This document shows, one piece after another, positions 35,501 to 47,044 of a stretch of DNA of 64,000 nucleotides. The notes below the pieces were generated by a model. The model saw only the letters and a list, made by a program, of their open reading frames with translations, was not told the origin of the DNA and searched no databases. The position numbers and the translations under genes were made by a program. Position 1 is the first letter of the stretch. Every line of letters starts with the position of its first letter. This DNA comes from Camelus dromedarius (Eukaryota), in NCBI RefSeq assembly GCF_036321535.1, contig NC_087452.1:33418001-33482000 (forward strand). The letters are read 5' to 3'.

Positions 35501-35959
35501 TGAGTATTCAAGTTCAAATTGTGATAAATGCTGTGAAAGAAACAGACAGGCTGTTTTGAGGGAATGGAGGGCAGCTTTAGATAGCAAGATGAATAGAAAG
35601 GTGTGGGAAGCCACCCCAGGAGGTGACATTTTTTCTGAGACTTTGTCAGTGGGAACTGTGCCAGAAGCAGTTGAGGGAAGAGAGTTTTGGGTGGAGTGAA
35701 CAGTGCATGAAAAGACCCTGAGGCTGGAAAGGGTTTGAGTCAGCAAGAAGGCTCCAGAGATCAGGAAGGGTAGGCAAGGCCCAGATCTAGGGCCCTGGGG
35801 ACTTTGGGATGGAACCAGGAGGGGTAGGTTGAGTAACCAGACATGTAGCAGTCAGGGTGGCTTCTCCCACTGCCCAGTCTGCCTGTCCCATTTTCCAGGC
35901 CCCAGTTCCTCTCCAGGGCTCCCTGCTCTACCTGCTATCTTCCCCCAACACCCCCTCCT

Positions 35960-36010
35960 ACCACACACACACACACACACACACGTGCACACACACACTC
36001 ACTCGCACAC
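35960..36010. repeat. Interrupted (CA)n microsatellite
   Basis: acacacacacacacacacacacgtgcacacacacac. Confidence 0.9.
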
Positions 36011-39000
36011 TGTCAAGGTGTGGAGACTTGCTTCCCTCCACCCCAACCCTGGCAGCATTGCTCTTGCAACCTTGAGAGAGATGAGCCAGCAGCAAGGCCT
36101 CGGCTCCACACTTTCACGTCACCAGCGTCGAGGTGCAGACTGCTCAGGCTGTTTATACGCATCAAGGCCACTGTACAATAGCCACTGGAGGGGCGGGCTC
36201 CACTGGAGAAGGAGAACAACTTCCTTCTGGTCCCACCCCTCCCCCATGCCCCCAATGCTGAGGGAGCAGCTGGGCCCTGCTGGTGTGGATAGCTGGGGTA
36301 TCAGGGTGACTGGGCCCAACACATGCACCCTGGTGGTTCCTCTCTCTTGCTCCAGATCCCCGTGGCCTCTATCCCACCAGCTGGGAGACCCCACCACACC
36401 CAAAGGGGAGTAGACTGCCTCTCCTTTGGGTCCGCAGCTCTTTGCCCTGTCATCTGTGGAACCCTGGGTCTCCTTGGGGCTGGAGCTGGCCAGCTGTTTT
36501 CTGCCCATACTCTCACCTCAGGCCATGGGGAGGCCCAGCTATGGGGAGCCTAAGGACCCTGAGGACAGGTGGGTAAAAGACTTCTCCACTCAAGCGCAGG
36601 GGTCTGAAGGTCAGGGCCCTATGAGCTGGTGAAGGGTAGAGGCTGACTCAGTCTCTACCTGTTTGACTGCACCTCTAATGCCCATGAGTGCAGGCACAGA
36701 GGAGATGGTAGCCCTGCATGCTCTGCCAGAGACCCCTGGGCTCCCGCCTATCATGTCACCCCTGAGGCTGGGAGAGAGGAGACTGGACTGTATTCCCACA
36801 GTGCTGGAGTATTTCAGAGCTGTGGTCCCCATACTTGTTGGAAAGGACCGTCTCCAGCTTTCCAAGGTGCAGTCCTCGTGCCCTAACCTCATCCTGGGCA
36901 TCTAAGGGTCATCCAATCTCCAAGTCCTGGGTGGGGAGTGAGGAGAAGGTTCAGAGGCTTCTCTGAAGCTGGTCTGAGGTTCCTTCTCCACTGAGCCTCT
37001 GCAGCTTATGGACCTCTAGCTTACCTGTTCGTAAGAGAGGGGCTCAGACAAGAAGGGGGTCTCTGGATGGGAGGGAAGCTTAGAAAGGAGAGGAGTCTGG
37101 GAGAAGGCAGATGGAAGAAGCTCAAGGGGTGTCAGGTTTCCTGTGCAGTCAGAATGTGGGGCTTTGGGCCTGTTTCTGGGCCAAGGGTCTCCAGGCCCAG
37201 GAGTCTCCAGGGAGAGGACACAGTTAAATAGGGGCTTGGCACAGCTGCATCTCCTCCCCATAATGCTGCAGCCCCCAAGCACCTAACTGTTCGCAAAGCC
37301 ACTTGATAGTCCCGAGTCCATCTGGAGTGTTAGGAGCTGGAACTGCTTCAGGGCTTCAGATTCCTGACCGGGCCACCAGGGAGGAGAGGAAGGGAGGGTT
37401 AGATCTAGGCCCCCAGATGGGCTGGGGGGACCAGGAGTTTTCTGAATGGCTTCCAGGGCTAGTGAAGGCTGGGCTGCCTTTCTCCTGGGGAAGGACTGAG
37501 TAGTGGCTGGAGCAAGAGGAAAGTTGTTGGTGGACATGGTGGGCCTAGGCCTGCCACGAGGGTGAGATGGGGTGAGGACAGGTTTTTTTCCAGGGCTTTG
37601 GGAGTCCAGTCTTCCCACCATGAGTTGTAGAGAGCAAGCATCAGCTCCTCTGCCTCAATTTCAGAGAGGCTGGGGGCAAGCAGGTGCCAGTAAAGGCTGG
37701 AGGAAGGCCAGGATGGGAGCTGGGGCTGAGGTGGCAGCAGATGACTCACATCCTCCTGACTGCCCATTGGTGTCATGTTGTCTGGCACCTGGAGGGCATG
37801 CACAGGGTAGACCCACCTGCTTTGATGAGGGCCCATGAATCTGGTCTGAGATTCCCCTTATGCCAAAGCCCTAGCCTTTCAGAGAATTTCCTCAGAGACC
37901 CCAAGGGGCTCTGGGGGTCACACCTGAGGGCTCCAGGCATAGCCTCATTTCAACTCCAAGACCTTCCTGAAATAGTGGCTTCATCAGTCACTCCCTTGGT
38001 GCAGCCCATGAGGTCCCAGGTCCACCTCTGCTGCCATTTCAGGAACTGACTCCCTTCACTTGTAGGAGAGAGCAGGACCCCTCAGTACCAGGTAGGGTCA
38101 GGGGACATAGGGGCAGCTGCAAGTTTCTGAGGCTTTGGAAGGCCCAGGACACATCTCTTGCATTTACTGCCTCAGCCTGGAGAGAAGCAGCCCTGGGAAT
38201 CAGAAGCTGAGCCCTGGTCTGGGATCTGCCAGGCTCCTTTTACTCATGCTGGGCTGCAAAATTTCTCCTTGAAGACCTCAGGAACTGAGCATCTCTTCAC
38301 CCCAAGCCTATGCTCTGCCCATGTGAGAGTCCAACCAGCCAGGAGGTGGGATGACTTGCTGAACCACCCCCAACATTTCCCACCTGGCACAGAGGGGCCA
38401 GCTGAGCCTCAGTCTCTCTCTTCATTCTATTGAGGCTTATTCCAGTCAAGATTTTTAACCCAACAAGCCTAGAGGCCAAGAGAGCCTGGACAGCTACCAC
38501 ATTCATCTCTGGCTATGGTGGCCTCCTGGGTGGGCTGGGTTCTTCAGGTCTAAAGATGATGACCTGGCATCAGTCCTACTGATATGTTTCTGGGGAGCCC
38601 CCTCTCCAAAGGAAAAGGAATTCCTTGGGTGGCCCCAGTCATTCTGCCCTCGTGAGCGCCCACCCTGGTCTCTCTGACCCAGCCAGCAGTTCTTAGTCAC
38701 CCCCATCCTCCACTGGGCCTGGGTTCCTCAGGGACCCTGAGGGAGGGCAGCTCTCCTCACACCCCCTTTGCAGGTGTGCTCGGAGGCCTCTTCTCGGCAG
38801 TCATGAAGTCCTGCATGTTCTGACAGCAATTCCTTCCCCTCATCCTTTGCTGGTTCCTACTCCCAGGGAGGGTAAGGAGTTCGCTCCAGTCCCTAAGCCA
38901 GCTGTGGACAGCTGTCAGGGTGGCTGTGCTGTGGTCCTCCCTCCTGGCTGGTGCGGCTGGCCATCTTTCACGCAGAGTTACGTAAGCTTGAGTCAATTGG

Positions 39001-40263
39001 AGCTCAGAGCGGTTCATTGTGGGCTATTTTTAAGCTGTAACACATCACAGCAGAGGGGTCACTGCACCATGGCTTGCAGGGAAGGTTGTTTAAACAGTTG
39101 TTATTTGAATTTCTCCGTGCCTTAGAGCTCAAGAGCCACGTCCTCCTGCACTCTTGGGTTTTGCCTTTCACATCCCAGATGAGGAGTGGATTATCACCCC
39201 TCATCTTGCCATAGCTTCCTCTAGGACTGGGGTTCCCTGCACCGTGACTGCGTTCCTTTGGGGCCAGGTGGGTGGGCAGAGAGAAGGTGTGCCAGCTCCT
39301 TCAAACATGGTGTTGCCTCCAAGGAATGGGTACACTGACCAGGAGAGACTGCCAGGGAAGCAGGAAGTTAGGGTTCACAGGGAGGAGAGGAAAACGCAGA
39401 GTGCTGTGTATAGAGCTGAGAGACCAAGAGTGCAGCCTTTGTCCTCGGGGGCTTTGGTTTCCCATCAGTACCTAGAGAGGGTTGATCACAATGTCCTTCT
39501 GGGTCTCTTCAGACGCCTGCCTTTGCCTGGGCTGTTCCCCTACCTGGGGTGCCCTCCCTTCACAGATCTAAATGCTACCCATGTACAGCCTCTGGGACAG
39601 AAGGGCTGGTGTGTGAGCCCCTGGACAGTGGGCAGGGATGAATGTCTGGGGAAACAGACAGGCATTGATTTTCACTCCATTATCAAGTGGTTGGCTGCAC
39701 TGGGAGCCCTCTCAGCCTCCTTTTGATCCTAGGTTTTTGGAGATGTTCAGAGTCTTCCCAGAGTCCCAGGAGGGGAAGACAGGTAGACTGGAAGAGTGCA
39801 GGGCCAAGGACTTGACAGAGCTGACTCCTGAGAACACAACAGAGCCGAAAATACGTCTGTGTGGGAGAAGCAGGTCTGGAAGGCTCGGCTGGTCACGGAG
39901 CTCTGGGTAGAATGGAGCTCCTATGCCTCTCCTCTTGATGCCCTTCCTACCCACCATCCTCCAGGCCTCCTCAGTGGGAGGATTCCAGCCTGATCCACAG
40001 GGAAGGAGGGTTTCTCAGACTGAGGTGACTCACCCCATCTCCTGAAGTCTGACCCTCTCCACAGGGGCCTTCCTCCTCCCCCTAGGCCTGCCCGGAGGGG
40101 TCGTGAAGCGTGAAGGGAGGCAATGCTGGAATCTGCCCCCACAGAGGAGCCTCTGCCTGGCCTTGCCCTCAGACTGAACTCCTTCCTGTTGCTTCTGGGC
40201 CCCTTCATCCCAGACAGCCCTCAGCCTGGGGAATGGGCTCAGCCTGGGGGAGGGGCTCTCAAG

Positions 40264-40277
40264 GTTGCCATGGTAAC
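40264..40277. promoter_or_regulatory. RFX X-box (GTTGCCATGGTAAC)
   Basis: Identical to the 14-mer at 33283. Confidence 0.65.
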
Positions 40278-40789
40278 ATGTTGGCCCTCCTCACTTTCCA
40301 GAATCAGAAATAGAATTGGATGCCCTTCTTCCTGGTGAGAGACTATTTAAAAACATGTTGGGGGGAGGGGTACAGGGGCAATGTCCCTGCCTGATCCCAG
40401 GGGGCTGGGCAGAAGAGCTTGGGAGCCTCTCTAAACTGCCCTGCTGCCCCTCCCCTCGGCTGGATGAAACGGAAGGGGCTTCAGCCAGCCAAGAATTCTG
40501 ACTACAAAGGACTCAGCCTGGTCCCCCAGGTATGTAACTAGCCCCTACTCAGCACCGCCAGGTTCCTGGGAGGGCACTGATTTAGTGGCACGAAGAGGAA
40601 AAAATGCTCCCCTCCTAAAAATGCCCACCTGCTAAGCTGTTGGGAGGAGGAGCAGGTCCATGTGGGATGGAGCTTGGGGAGGCAGCACTCAGAAGCAAGG
40701 CATGTTGACTCCCCTCCAGGAGGGTCCGTGCCTACATGGCCCTGGGCAGGCACCCATTGGTGGCACCATAGGTTCCTGAAGTGTGGTAT

Positions 40790-40990
40790 CTAGAGCCTGG
40801 TGGCCTGGCTTTGGATTCTGGCTCGACAACTCATTAGCTGCGACCTCTGTGAGTTCTCTCCCCTCTCTACCTTGATTTCCTCGTTTGTAAAATAAGAATG
40901 ATTGTCCCTGGCTCACTGAACTGCTGTGAAGCTGGGTTACAATGCTCAGCGCTGCCTGGCCCAGGGAAGGACCCAGTCAGTAATTGTCAC
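40790..40990 (+). mobile_element. MIR relic
   Basis: ggctttggattctggctc...tagctgcgacctctgtgagttctctc...ttgatttcctcgtttgtaaaataagaatgat...gtgaagct...gctcagcgctgcctggc. Confidence 0.6.
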
Positions 40991-42959
40991 TCTTCTTGTT
41001 GCTCTCAAGGGTGTTTGCTTTCCAGGTAGGAAGAGCCTTCTCCTCTCTCCAGACTGCCTTCTTTGGTCCCTCCTTCACAGGCCACACCCTTCTCAGGTCA
41101 GTCGTTCACAAGGACTCCAGCCCTGGAAAGGAGGATTACGCCTCATTTCCGCAGGAGGTTGGGGATGGCTCAGTGGTCAGACAGGAAGGAGCTTTCAGGT
41201 CCTCCCTCCATGCCTCCCCAGCCCTCCCAGGTGCAGCCCAGCTCAAGGGCTGCAAGAGCATCAGAGGCTGCTACTAGTATCTCTCTTGTGGGGAAAAACA
41301 AAACAAAATATAAAAAAACAGTTTGCTCCAGGCAAGAGATTAATGAAGTTAACAGTGCTCAGCAAGTATGTGTGTGTATGCACACACGTGCAAGCCACAG
41401 ACCCTGGGGTTCTGCCACCTTCCTGGGTGTGTGGTAAGCAGAGGCATCTGTCCTCATTTGGAACTGAAGGCAGCATCTGGGGAAGGGAGAGCGGTCCCGG
41501 GGGGCCTGAGACATGACTGAGTCAGGCTGTGCCCAATCCCGAGTCAGGAATGTGCAGATGGAGCTCAGTGCTAGCCTTGGTCCCTGGTCACATCACTTCA
41601 CACCCCACAGCCCAACTGTAAGCACTATTTTTAACTCCTGTGAAAACACACTGCTTCAGAGGACAAGCCTACAGCTGCATTCTCCACAGACCTGTTTCCT
41701 AGGTGGAAAGACTGAGGCCTGAAAGGCCAGCCCTGGACAACAGAGGGAGGAGACCCAGAGCTCATAGCTGAGGGAGGGTGGAGGGTCTGACCCCGCCCCA
41801 GGCAGAACTCCAGAGCCAGGTCTGTGGAAATAGGTGGTGCCCCAAACTAGGCCTATCCTCTGTGGCTGCAGGGCACATCTGGGCCTGGGATGGTGGTCCA
41901 GGCAGGTCCTACTCCTCCCTGACCCTCAGTTTGCCCATCTAAGAAATGGAGGGTGGAACTGCCCACCTGGTCTGACAGCTTCCTTTCCTGTATGCCTCTC
42001 CAAGTTTATTCCTTTGTCCAGCTTGTCCTCCCTATGTATGCAGCTGTGCCCACTGTGTGTCCAGTCCCACACCCACCATACCCCCACTGTGTAGTGAGCC
42101 CTCTGCCCACTGTGAGAATGGCCCTGTAACCACTGTATCCCCACTATGACCCATCCTGTAATTGTGACTTGACTGGCCCAGTGTCCACTGTGGCCTAGGC
42201 CTATGCCCAGTGTTCTAGCCTCCTTCTGGCCAAGGTGAAATTGACACAATGTGACAAAGGCTAGAACATTCTGACTTGAGGATTCTGAGCAGAGGCCCCA
42301 CCCCCGTCCGAGTTGTGCCCATCCCCACCCCTGTGGGATACTGGTCCTGGGCCTCAAGGACATGTGGCTCTGGGGAGGGGGCTCTGGGAGGCACAGGCAG
42401 AGGAGAACCATCTGGAGCAGAAAGACTGCCAAGGAGCTGCTGTCCCTGGAGTGGGAGCCGGGGAACATGGGGGAGGGGAGTTTGGGCCTGAGCCTGGGCC
42501 CCTCACCCACTTCTGCCTCTTAGGACTGAGTGGTGAAGGAGCTTTGGACCCCTAAAGGGCCTCGTGTCACACACTTGGAACTGCATCCCTGGGTTAGGGT
42601 TTAAGTCTCAAGTTGCCACTTGGGAACCGGGGAGAAAGAGTAAGTCTGGCATCTGAGGTAGTCTGGGAACCCAGGTGCTTCCTCAGCATCTCCTCTGCCT
42701 ACCTTTCTCCCTTGGCCTTATATACACTCCCACCTCCAGGAGCACTGCCCTCACGCAAGGGCTGGCCTGGGCCGAGTGGCCACCTGGCTGGCAAGGAGAG
42801 AGAAGGCCAGTCCAGAGTTGGCTGACTTCACTGGCATCCCTTGGCCTTTCTGTCTCCCAGGGTTCCATGCGCAGGCCCCCACTCCTCAGGGGGGTGGGGC
42901 CCCTGGTTTCCCACACTCTGTCACCCTCCCCCAGGTCACTGGGGGCTGTGATGTGTGGA

Positions 42960-42973
42960 GTTGCCATGGCAAT
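42960..42973. promoter_or_regulatory. RFX X-box (GTTGCCATGGCAAT), probable ACTL11 promoter element
   Basis: One mismatch from the perfect palindrome GTTGCCATGGCAAC. It ends 38 nt before the ORF ATG. Confidence 0.65.
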
Positions 42974-43011
42974 GAAGTGGGGGCAGGGCACCTAGGGCAT
43001 GGAGCAGGACT

Positions 43012-46000
43012 ATGGAAGTCACCAAGAAAGTGGGGGACCCTGATCCATCGGGCCCCCAGGGCCACCCCTTGGCTGGTAGCCAGCAGCTGGGGGGTGGCCT
43101 TAGAGGGTCCCAGGGACCCTGGATAAACTCAGGATCTGTATACTTGAGGCAGGGTTTGTCACTGTCCACCGAGGCCATCACTGATGGGGCCTATGGCCCA
43201 GCCTCCCAGACCCACACCCCCAAGCCCACTCACCAGCAACTCCAGGACCCTGCTGAGGTTAGCTCCCAATGTGGCTGTGAGCAGGCCTCCCAGGATGCCC
43301 TGACCCTCTCCTCCACTAGCCCGTTTCCAAGCCCCGTCGTGGGAGCCCAAACACATCTCATCATGGAGAACAGGACCCTGGCCTTACCTGTGTGCACGCG
43401 CAGTGACGGTACCAGTGACATGGCCCAGCACGGACTCTGCTGCTCCCGGCTTCAGGTGCAGATTTCGGGGGAGGGCAAGGCTCCAGCTAAAGTTCTAGTA
43501 GGCTGGGGCAGAGGCCCCTGCAGCCCTGATCAGATAGCCCCAATGGGCATTAGAAAGAGCCGGTGGCTACCCTATTTTCTTCCAGGGGAGGATGGCTCAG
43601 CTGCAGCCCAAGTTCCTCTTCTGGCCCCAGTGCAAGATCAGGGCCAGGACAAGTGTCCATGTCCAACTCAGGCTCCTCCAGCTTCAACTCAGGCAAATAT
43701 TCCAGCTCTGGATACAACCCCAATATCAGTAGCAGTTGAAACTTACACCTGCAACCTCGACCCCCTGACTAATACTAATGCCATCACCAAGGACCTGTCC
43801 CAAGACCTCTTGCCCAGGAATTATGGCAATCAATGGTCAATCTACTCGGAGTCTTCCAAAGGGGTCACATCCTGCCAGGACAAAGTGAATTTCCATTCTC
43901 AGAATGAGCCTCCCACCCCAGCACCCACTCCAAATCAGTCCCCAGACCAGGCCCAGGAGCTCGAGGTTGCCAGAAGGCTTGTGTTACCCAAGCAGCCTGA
44001 AAACCAACTGGAGAAGCCCCTGGTCTGTACCTCCAGGCCAAGCAGCCCAAAACCAGGCTCAGGGCCCCTAGGGACCCCCAAGTCCCAGAGGGGTAGCCAG
44101 GAGATCTGCAGCTCTCAGCCATATCAGCAGCCCTTCAATGTTTGCGACAACACCTGCTCCAATGTGCCCCTGTCTGCCCACCAAGTAAACTACCACAAGC
44201 AGTCCCCAGCAGAGACTCCCAGGGAAGCCATGCAGATACCCCTCTCCAGTGCCCCTACCTGTCAGCTCCAGGATGCTGTAGAAGACCGTGTGCTGGTGTT
44301 TGATATGGCCACAGGCAATACCAGGATGGGGCTACTGTGCCATGACCCCATGGGCTCACCTGCAGTGCTGGTGGGCCTCATGCCCAGCCACTCATCCATC
44401 CGTGCCTCTGAAAATCTTCTGTCTACCCGGCCATTGGCCATGCCCATTCTCTCCCCTGACAGCAATCGCTCCAGCCTCTGGTCTACCACGCCCATGGTGT
44501 CCAGCCCTGTGCCCTCTAGCCTTTCATCTGGAAGCTACCGAGAGGTGGCCCTGGTTCCCAAGGAGGCCAGGGTCAACCTGGAGTCAGTGGACTCCCCTGG
44601 TACTGAGACACCCATCAGGATGGGGATGCTCACTGGGCCTATTCCACTGGGGATGCCCCTCCAATTTGGAGAGAGGACACTTAGCCATGCCCATGGTCCT
44701 GGCTGGTCCAAACCTGATGCTGAAAAAAATGAAGCTAGTCACACCATCTGGATGCTGGATGCCTCCAGGATGCAGGATACCTCTATGGTCCAGGCCAAGA
44801 AATTGCAGTGGATGAACTCAGAGCAGAGCCCAGAGTATGTACCACCAGCCAAAACCCAGGATGTGCCCAGACCCCAGCTCCAGAAGGATGTAGGCAGCAA
44901 CAGTCAGAAAGAGGTCATTACTCCTCATCCTGACCACCCTCAGGTCCAAGATGCTGGGCAGGGTCCCCTCGGTGGTCAGCCCCCACTAGCCGAACAGTGT
45001 ACCCTAGCCAGACAGCCCCCTTCAACCAGTCAGCCTCCTTCTGCAGAGCACTGTCCCCACACCAGGCAGACCTACCTTTCGGGACAGCCACCCCTAGCTG
45101 AGCAGGCCCCCTCCACCAAGCGGACTTGCCTTCCTGGTCAGCCCCCTCTTCCTGGGACACCTAATGGCAGGCAGCTTTCTCTCACTGGGCAGCCTCCCTT
45201 TTCCCAAGTGCCTCCCACCTCCACTGTGCCTACCCTCTCAAGAGGGCCCCCTGCCACTAGGGAACCTGGTCAGGCCTCCACCTTGTGCCAGGAACATGAG
45301 CCCTTGGGCCACCGTACCCACGTGGGGGTGGTTCGGGTGCCCCTGCCCCCTGAGGAGACCTGTGTCTCTGTGAACAGAGAAAAAGTTGGTGCCAGTGCTA
45401 CTCAAAGCTCCAGCACACATCAGCTCTCATCCTGGCAACCTGGCTGCTCCCCCAGGGCCCAAGAGGCACAGCTGTCCCTGATCCCATTCACCACATCTGG
45501 CACTGGTTGCAAGGTCTTGCCCATGGCCATGGTGGGCCCTGAGCCCCAGGGTCCCCGGTTCAAGCTGACAGCTGAGGACATTACACACTCACCAGTGGTC
45601 GCACACCTTGGTCTGCTCCGAGGGGCCTGCTATGAGCTGGTGCCCACCACGAACACCCTGCCAGTGCAGTCCCCAGTGCTCTGCCGCCACTCTCTGGGCC
45701 CCTACCAGGACATGGCAGCTGTGGTGATCGACACAGGCACAGGCTTCACCAAGTGTGGACTGGCTGGAGAAGACCATGTCCTGAGTGTAGTGCCCTCACG
45801 CGTACAGCTGCTCCAGCACCCGGTTCAGGGCCAGCCCAGGTATGCAGTGCCTGAGAAACGAGAGGGCTCTTACTCAGTGCTGAATCGAGGAGTGGTCTCC
45901 GACTGGGATGCGCTGGAGGTGCTGTGGCAGCACCTGTTCTACTGCAGGCTGGGTGTGCGGCCCGAGGAGCTGGCGGTGCTGGTAGCTGACTCACCCATCT

Positions 46001-46764
46001 CACCGCGCACCAACCGAGAAAAGGTAGCTGAAATACTCTTTGAGCGTTTCCATGTGCCAGCCATGCAGACGGTGCATCAGGCCCTGCTGGCGCTCTATGC
46101 TTATGGGCGCACCACTGGGCTGGTGCTGGGCAGTGGCCATGGCACTTCCTATGTGGCGCCCATCATCACTGGGGATCTGGCCCCACTGGACACCTACCGG
46201 CTGGATGTGGCTGGTGCTGACCTCACTGAATACCTGGCTCAGCTGTTGTTGGCAAGTGGCCACTCACCACCCAAGGCAGAGCTGGTCAACCAGATTAAAG
46301 AGGCTTGCTGCTATGTGGCCATGGACATGACAGCCGAGATGGCCCGTGCCCAGGCCCAGGCCCGGGTGGACTTTGTGCTTCCAGACAAGCAGGTCATCAC
46401 GCTGGGCTCTGAGCGCTTCTGCTGCCCCGAGGCCCTCTTCCAGCCCAATCTGCTAGGCTTCAATCAGCCAGGCCTCCCACAACTAGCCCTCCTAAGTATT
46501 AGCCGGCTGGAGACCAAGCAGCAGGAGCAGCTGCTGGCTAATGTGGTGCTGGACGGTGGTAGCACCCTGTTGAATGGCTTTCCTGAACGCCTGAGACAGG
46601 AACTGGGCCCTTGTGCCACTGTACTGGGCTCTCCGCACCGTGCTGTTGCTGCTTGGCTCGGAGGTTCCATCATGGTGTCCCGAGACTCCTTCCAGAGCCT
46701 GTGGCTCAGCCGCCATGAGTACGAGGAGGAGGGCCCATGGGCCATCTACAAGTACCATCTGTGA
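43012..46764 (+). CDS. ACTL11: Actin-like protein 11 ortholog, single exon, 1250 aa (long low-complexity N-terminus plus C-terminal actin fold)
   Basis: Uninterrupted 3753-nt ORF with ATG in a strong context (actATGg). Residues about 901-1250 align by eye to actin (AVVIDTGTGFTKCG, WDALEVLW, HQALLALYAYGRTTG, ERFCCPEALFQP, VLDGGST, WLGGSI, EYEEEGP). Its position between MST1R and CAMKV matches mouse Actl11 / human ACTL11P as I recall. An alternative start ATG at 43363 is also in a strong context. Confidence 0.88.
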   Translation: MEVTKKVGDPDPSGPQGHPLAGSQQLGGGLRGSQGPWINSGSVYLRQGLSLSTEAITDGAYGPASQTHTPKPTHQQLQDPAEVSSQCGCEQASQDALTLSSTSPFPSPVVGAQTHLIMENRTLALPVCTRSDGTSDMAQHGLCCSRLQVQISGEGKAPAKVLVGWGRGPCSPDQIAPMGIRKSRWLPYFLPGEDGSAAAQVPLLAPVQDQGQDKCPCPTQAPPASTQANIPALDTTPISVAVETYTCNLDPLTNTNAITKDLSQDLLPRNYGNQWSIYSESSKGVTSCQDKVNFHSQNEPPTPAPTPNQSPDQAQELEVARRLVLPKQPENQLEKPLVCTSRPSSPKPGSGPLGTPKSQRGSQEICSSQPYQQPFNVCDNTCSNVPLSAHQVNYHKQSPAETPREAMQIPLSSAPTCQLQDAVEDRVLVFDMATGNTRMGLLCHDPMGSPAVLVGLMPSHSSIRASENLLSTRPLAMPILSPDSNRSSLWSTTPMVSSPVPSSLSSGSYREVALVPKEARVNLESVDSPGTETPIRMGMLTGPIPLGMPLQFGERTLSHAHGPGWSKPDAEKNEASHTIWMLDASRMQDTSMVQAKKLQWMNSEQSPEYVPPAKTQDVPRPQLQKDVGSNSQKEVITPHPDHPQVQDAGQGPLGGQPPLAEQCTLARQPPSTSQPPSAEHCPHTRQTYLSGQPPLAEQAPSTKRTCLPGQPPLPGTPNGRQLSLTGQPPFSQVPPTSTVPTLSRGPPATREPGQASTLCQEHEPLGHRTHVGVVRVPLPPEETCVSVNREKVGASATQSSSTHQLSSWQPGCSPRAQEAQLSLIPFTTSGTGCKVLPMAMVGPEPQGPRFKLTAEDITHSPVVAHLGLLRGACYELVPTTNTLPVQSPVLCRHSLGPYQDMAAVVIDTGTGFTKCGLAGEDHVLSVVPSRVQLLQHPVQGQPRYAVPEKREGSYSVLNRGVVSDWDALEVLWQHLFYCRLGVRPEELAVLVADSPISPRTNREKVAEILFERFHVPAMQTVHQALLALYAYGRTTGLVLGSGHGTSYVAPIITGDLAPLDTYRLDVAGADLTEYLAQLLLASGHSPPKAELVNQIKEACCYVAMDMTAEMARAQAQARVDFVLPDKQVITLGSERFCCPEALFQPNLLGFNQPGLPQLALLSISRLETKQQEQLLANVVLDGGSTLLNGFPERLRQELGPCATVLGSPHRAVAAWLGGSIMVSRDSFQSLWLSRHEYEEEGPWAIYKYHL

Positions 46765-47044
46765 GCACATAAAAGTTCTGGTTCTGCTTACTTTGACCAC
46801 TGTGGCACATTTTAGGCAGAGGGTGGTGGAGGGAAGGGCAGGAGTCCAGGCATGGGATCAGAGATGGAGGGCTTGGCACTCTCAAGGCACCCCCTGCTTC
46901 CACACACTGGAATTCCAGGGGCCTTGGCAAGCCTATCCCTTCCAGAGCCCCAGAGCCCCTTGCCTGGCACTGGCCCTGGTCTAACCTGACCTTTACTGCA
47001 CCCCAAGGGCAACCACAGAGAGTGGCTGCTGTGGGTTTTGCCCT

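Noticed and set aside
35829-39957. Many 60-194 aa ORFs between MST1R and ACTL11
   Set aside because: I could not link them into a spliced, frame-consistent model or recognise any family. Their number is what GC-rich intergenic DNA gives.
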